NCBI RefSeq assembly: GCF_000143415.4
Contig: NW_003314272.1
Span: 1,930,374-1,994,373, forward strand
DNA from: Selaginella moellendorffii
Lineage: Eukaryota > Plantae > Lycopodiophyta
Length of the DNA stretch: 64,000 nt
Direction: 5' to 3'
Shown here: positions 59,057 to 64,000 of the stretch, one piece after another
Layout of the letters: every line of letters begins with the position of its first letter
How positions within the stretch are numbered: the first letter of the stretch is position 1
The notes under the pieces: model-generated
Seen by the model: only the letters and a program-made list of their open reading frames with translations
Databases searched by the model: none
Told to the model about the DNA's origin: nothing
Program-made: the position numbers and the translations under genes

Positions 59057-59959
59057 ATGGGTAAATATAATACTCTTTGCTTTTTAATAATACAACTCTT
59101 GAAATTCATATATAGTGATAATACAGAATTTAGTTTTCCAAATAGCATAAATAATATTGATATGAGTACAATTGTTGATGCTATTGATAGATTAATAGCT
59201 TTTATTGATCAGAAGAAAGAAGATTATCCATTAAATTGGTCTGATAGTATATCAATAGTTTTAACTAGTGGAATTGTTCTTATTAAAATTTCACGTTATA
59301 CAGGAAATACTCCTAATTGTGAAGCAAGTGGAGAATATGGTTATACTTTAGGACGTTCTTTATATGAAGGGCTTAGAAGATTATATCGGAAATATTTTGA
59401 TAAAATATTATTTGTTGCTGCAAATTCCATAAGAATTACTTCTAAAAATTTTGAAATTTATTATGATCGGGATGGTATATCAGAACCTGAAAATCCTGAA
59501 TATTATATTAATTCATCTATGAATAAACCAAAATCATTAAATGATTGCTATGTTTTTGTAAGCATATTAATAAGTGGAAAAAAGCTAAACCATTATCATA
59601 CTTTATTTCAAGAAAATTTCCTAATATCTCCAAATAAGAAAAATACATTACTACTACATTTAAACTGTAATCTTGTACTTTATTCTGGACAAAATATTAT
59701 TTGGGAAACAGAAACTGGAAAGAGAAATTATATTAACTGCTTTCTACAAAATCAAATTAGTGGAAATATAATTTTATTTTCATCATTATCTAAATTAGAG
59801 TGGAGAACAAATTTATTTTGTAAGAAAAATCCTAGTTGTGTTTTTCCAACATTTTTAAGTCTTCAAAATGATTGCAATCTAGTTTTATATTCATCTAGTT
59901 TTCCTAATAAACCCTTTTGGTCAACTAAAACTTATAAACATAATTTATGTTTAAAATAA
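59057..59959 (+). CDS. Putative secreted protein: unknown N-terminal domain plus C-terminal bulb-type (GNA/B) lectin
   Basis: Hydrophobic N-terminus. Three lectin subdomains are HLNCNLVLY..W, QISGNIILF..W and QNDCNLVLY..FWST; the last is a perfect QxDxNxVxY. Confidence 0.75.
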   Translation: MGKYNTLCFLIIQLLKFIYSDNTEFSFPNSINNIDMSTIVDAIDRLIAFIDQKKEDYPLNWSDSISIVLTSGIVLIKISRYTGNTPNCEASGEYGYTLGRSLYEGLRRLYRKYFDKILFVAANSIRITSKNFEIYYDRDGISEPENPEYYINSSMNKPKSLNDCYVFVSILISGKKLNHYHTLFQENFLISPNKKNTLLLHLNCNLVLYSGQNIIWETETGKRNYINCFLQNQISGNIILFSSLSKLEWRTNLFCKKNPSCVFPTFLSLQNDCNLVLYSSSFPNKPFWSTKTYKHNLCLK

Positions 59960-61182
59960 TTAAAAATAAAATAAAATAATAATATTTTTGAAAAAAATCT
60001 TATAATATTATATACTTTAATAAGTGATGTATAAAGCAATGCAATTAGGCACTAATAAAGCAAGCACTAATAATGCAATAAGTGGAAACCTTTCCTAGTT
60101 GGAAGTAATGGATTCTCTGGATCATTATTTCTTTGGTTTTTAGTGTAGCCAAAAGTATTGAAGGTGGAACTTATCCTTTGAAATGCATGGAAGTCTATCA
60201 AACATGTGAAGGGAGATTATTTGCAATATTGTAAGGAATGTCTTGACTTGGACTTAGACCTAACTAAGGTCCTACACCAGAATATTATTGGTATATAGTT
60301 TTTCTTTTTCTTTTTCTCTCTTTAGAGGTTTAACAGCAAGAACATACTAGATTGACTTGGCTGTATTTGGGAAGACAAAGAACAAGAGTCGCAGAGGAAG
60401 GTTATAGTGAAAATTCTAACACCACAAAGATTTGTTTAGTTATTTTATTTCAAAATGCTGTTAGCTAATTATAATAAACTAAATTCATTATCCAAATTTA
60501 ACAGAGAACACAAACTTTAAATGAACCCCTGCTGAAAGAGAATTATTGCACCTTTCAGCAAGAATCCCTATCACTAGGAGTAATATCATTTGCAAATTCG
60601 AGCATGCTTTTAGTCCATCTCAGACTGTGTAATACTGCAAAAAGTAATTTTTGGTGAATGTTGCTTGTGGGATGTATAAATCAACTGGAGTTATAAGCTC
60701 TATCATGGATTGGTTTTCACACAGTTTTGATGGTCGTTCTAGGTAGTTGTCTGTTTTCTGCTCCAATCAACTCTAACTTTAGATCAGGGTTTGATAACAA
60801 TAAAGGAAACTCTTTAGAGAATTGTTCCCCATAGAGCTGAGAGTGGCTAGGAAGAGGCCAAGTTGGAGTAAGAAAAACTCACTGGAGCCTTGTAATTGCC
60901 ATCCCTGGTTTTGCGAGCCTGAATGTATGCAGCATGTCAACATGGATGGAGAATCTACCCTGAATATCTGCTATTACTAGTGTTCCGCTGGAGTATAGAG
61001 GGGAAACACCATCCAATGGCTCGTGTGGCAGAACTTCTAGAAGATGCTTTTCTTGAGGTTTTCTTGGAGTTCTCTCACAAGGGAAGAATTGTGAGGATTG
61101 ATACTACCTGCCAAATTAGGGGGAGTATCTTGACGGTGGGAGAGTTTTGTTGTAGACGAATCAGTGATAGAGGTTGTTTTAA

Positions 61183-63693
61183 TTCGAGCTTGAGCTGGAT
61201 CGCTTCGAATGCCTCCGAGAGATCCAATGTTGCAAGAGCCTCTCCAACGCTGTGCTAATTCACGCACGCATCCCGGCTGCCAATGGCGATACTTTCCTGG
61301 CAAACAAGCTTATCGAGATGTACGGGAGGTGCGGCAGCGTGGAGCATGCCCGGAAGGTGTACGACAGCATCGTGTCCAGAGATACCTTCTCGTGCTCCTT
61401 GATGCTCTCGGCATATGCCCGCAATGGGCTTATCTGCGAGGCCGAGAAGCTCTTTGGCGACGTCGAAAGGCCAGACAAGGCAGCATGGACCATCATGCTG
61501 ACGTTGTATGCACAAAACGGGAATATAGGAGATGCTTCGAAGATCTTCCGAAAGATGCCAGACAAAGACCTGGTTGCGTGGAATGCTATGGTTAATGCAT
61601 ATGCCGAAACAGGGCAAATGGATACGGCAAAAGCGTTGTTTGATTCCATGCCGCTTCGAAATATCGCGACATGGAACACTCTGCTCTCTGGGTTTTGTTA
61701 CTCCGGTGATATTAATTTAGCGAAGTGTGCTTTTGAGGAGAATCCAGAGCCTAATATTCTAACCTGGACTGCCTTGCTTTCGGCATATGCCCAAAGAGGG
61801 TATCTTGATCACGCGAAAAAGGTGTTTGATGACATGCCTTTGAGGGATATAGTGGCCTGGAATGCTTTGTTGGTGGCAAACGCAAAGGCAGGGCGTTATG
61901 AAGTTACGCAAAATCTATTCTCCGAGATGCCGGAGCACGATCTTGTGGCTTGGAATTCCAAGATCATAGCACACGGCCAAGCTGGGAATCTGGAAGATGC
62001 CAAGAGAATTGTCTCCGAGGAGCTCCCCGTGAAATCTCTGGCTTCATTCAACGCACTTCTCTCTCTCTTCTCCAGAGAGAATAAACGTTTTGAGGCAGAA
62101 GAGCTATTCTTTACTGTCATGCCAGAGAGAGATCTCGTCGCGTGCAACCATATGCTAGCCTTGTACGCGGAGCTCCAAGATTCCTCTACATGCAAAAGGA
62201 TATTCGAAGAGATGCCCCAAATAAACACCATCTCTTGCAACTCCATGCTCGTCGCATTTGCCCACGACGGGCATATCCAGCACGCCAAATCCCTGTTTGA
62301 CGCGATCCCCGACCCCGATCTTGCCACGTGGACGGCGTGTGTCGCGTCGCTTGGCGAGGCGGGAAGCACCGACGCTGCCAAGGCGATGTTTGACACAATG
62401 CCAGCATGGGACCTGGTGACGTGGAATGCCATGGTGTCTGCGTACGGCAGAGCTGGGCTCGTGCGTACGGCTGGTCAGCTGTTCGATTCCATGCCGGAGC
62501 ACTCACTTGCATTTGCGAACGCAATGCTATCGGCGCTGTGCCAATGTGGGCATTTGGAAGAGGCCAGAGAGCTCTTGGAGCGTTTACCCGAACGAGATGT
62601 AATCTCGTGGAGTGTGATTCTTGGGTGTTGTAGCGATCATGGCAAGTTCGAGCAGGTGAGCGAGATCTTTGAATCAATGCCGGAGCACGATTCTATCTCT
62701 GCCACAGCTATCGTCGCCGCAAATGCTCGCAGAGGGCATCTGGATGATTCGTTTCGAGTGTTCAGATCTATGGCGGAGCACAATTGCAATGCTGTGGCGG
62801 CTCTTATCACAGGGCTTGGGAAGTCTGGCAAGTTACTTGATGCAAAGACGATGTTTGATGAGATTCCATTCAAGAACGCAGTGGTCTGGACTGCGCTTGT
62901 CACGGCTTATGCCTTACAAGGGCATGTTGAGGACACGATGATCTTGTACGACAGGTATATGCCAGAGCATAGTCTTGTGTGTGGAACCTCTGTGATCGGT
63001 GTTCTTGGGCGAAGCGGCTGTTTAGATGAAGCTAGATGTGTTTTCAAGAGCTTTCCAAGCCGCGATTCTTTAGCTGTGAGTTCCATGATATGGGCTTATG
63101 CCCTGAATGGGTATCTAGGCAAATCAAGAGAAGTGCATGATCTTTGGAGAGACCCGAGCTTACTGTCCTGGAAAGCCATGCTAGAAGCTTATTCTCATGC
63201 TGGTAAAGTCATCGAAGCGAAGAGGGTGTTTGATCAATCTCCGGAAAGAGATGTTTCGTTTGATGCTTTGATGGTTGCTGCATACGCCCGGGGCGGAGAT
63301 CTAGATCAAACGCTTGAGTTTTTCTTTTCCCTTGACGAGCTAAACGAGAGCTGCTTCATTTGGATCCTCGTTTCATGCAGCCGCTCCGGCAAAGTCTCCA
63401 CGGGGATCCGACTCTTCGTCTCCATGGTTGCGGATTTCTCCTTGAATCCTTCCAAGCAACACTACAGTTGCGTTGTTGATCTCCTGTGCCGAGCCGGGCA
63501 TCTGGGCGACGCTCGAGAGCTAGTCAAAAGCATGCCTTTTGTGCCGGACGGCCTGGAGTGGAGATGCGTGCTTGCAACGCACGGACCGATCGATGATGCC
63601 ACAGTTGCAGCACACTCTACTTTGGATGTGAATCCGGATCACGGTGCTGCCTATGTGCTTCTCGCAAATGCGTCGATGGAAGCAAAGCGATAG
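61183..63693 (+). CDS. PLS-class PPR protein (long S/SS array, E domain); start codon uncertain
   Basis: >810 codons of 31-aa repeats ending HYSCVVDLLCRAG...MPFVPD...AAYVLLAN. The frame is open from 61183. Confidence 0.9.
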   Translation, partial: FELELDRFECLREIQCCKSLSNAVLIHARIPAANGDTFLANKLIEMYGRCGSVEHARKVYDSIVSRDTFSCSLMLSAYARNGLICEAEKLFGDVERPDKAAWTIMLTLYAQNGNIGDASKIFRKMPDKDLVAWNAMVNAYAETGQMDTAKALFDSMPLRNIATWNTLLSGFCYSGDINLAKCAFEENPEPNILTWTALLSAYAQRGYLDHAKKVFDDMPLRDIVAWNALLVANAKAGRYEVTQNLFSEMPEHDLVAWNSKIIAHGQAGNLEDAKRIVSEELPVKSLASFNALLSLFSRENKRFEAEELFFTVMPERDLVACNHMLALYAELQDSSTCKRIFEEMPQINTISCNSMLVAFAHDGHIQHAKSLFDAIPDPDLATWTACVASLGEAGSTDAAKAMFDTMPAWDLVTWNAMVSAYGRAGLVRTAGQLFDSMPEHSLAFANAMLSALCQCGHLEEARELLERLPERDVISWSVILGCCSDHGKFEQVSEIFESMPEHDSISATAIVAANARRGHLDDSFRVFRSMAEHNCNAVAALITGLGKSGKLLDAKTMFDEIPFKNAVVWTALVTAYALQGHVEDTMILYDRYMPEHSLVCGTSVIGVLGRSGCLDEARCVFKSFPSRDSLAVSSMIWAYALNGYLGKSREVHDLWRDPSLLSWKAMLEAYSHAGKVIEAKRVFDQSPERDVSFDALMVAAYARGGDLDQTLEFFFSLDELNESCFIWILVSCSRSGKVSTGIRLFVSMVADFSLNPSKQHYSCVVDLLCRAGHLGDARELVKSMPFVPDGLEWRCVLATHGPIDDATVAAHSTLDVNPDHGAAYVLLANASMEAKR

Positions 63694-64000
63694 CCATTTC
63701 TTCTTCGCAAGCAAGAAGAAAGCAAGCCTTTCGAATCAAGGAAAGCTAAAGCTAGAAGAAAACTAAGACAATGAGATCCCAGGTTCGAATCTTGACACGA
63801 CATAAAATCTACGCTAATGCGTTTTTCTCTTCCAATGCAGGTAGATCTCCGGGTTTTCAAGGTCTTCAAGGCGGGCATCTTATCTCCTGACTGAGCACAG
63901 AGCGTGACACTTAGTGGGTTCTTTGGTGTTCTTCCCAAGTTCCCGGATTGAAGCGTTTCTGTCGCTCGGAAGGCCAAATGGAAGCGGGAAAGGATGTTAT

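Noticed and set aside
60300-61150. Possible exons or ORFs upstream of the last PPR
   Set aside because: No coherent splice chain or recognisable product.
63773-63797. tRNA or SINE suggested by GGTTCGAATC
   Set aside because: B-box-like decamer only; no A-box or cloverleaf.

Overview
Eukaryotic plant nuclear DNA. The very short GT-AG introns (~50-70 nt), tight gene packing and many intronless PPR genes fit the lycophyte Selaginella best (inference, not a database match). Bases 1-44.2 kb are gene-dense, in this order: TIGR01589-family gene, divergent COP1-like gene, NPH3/BTB gene, stand-alone XLG-type Cys-rich protein, type-I DnaJ, TMEM144-like transporter, two P-class PPRs, tRNA-Ser, Lzipper-MIP1 protein, PLS PPRs flanking a stand-alone RNase H1, TruA, amino acid permease, PPR-DYW, PPTase, a decayed P-loop ATPase, PFK, tRNA-Lys, a SAC51-like bHLH with its conserved uORF, tRNA-Pro, a PLS PPR and an AUX1/LAX gene. 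Bases 44.6-61 kb are an AT-rich accessory block. It holds nested transposons (a hAT remnant, a complete 1.33-kb non-autonomous LTR element and a complete 5S-carrying Cassandra TRIM), a frameshifted microbial-like ATPase and an intact AT-rich secreted B-lectin fusion ORF. A final PLS PPR follows. The most notable items are the Cassandra element, the lectin fusion ORF, the two-copy fungal-like ATPase family, the spliced SAC51 uORF, the solitary RNase H1, and co-oriented genes and tRNAs separated by only 5-60 nt. Exon boundaries were read by eye and spans include introns.
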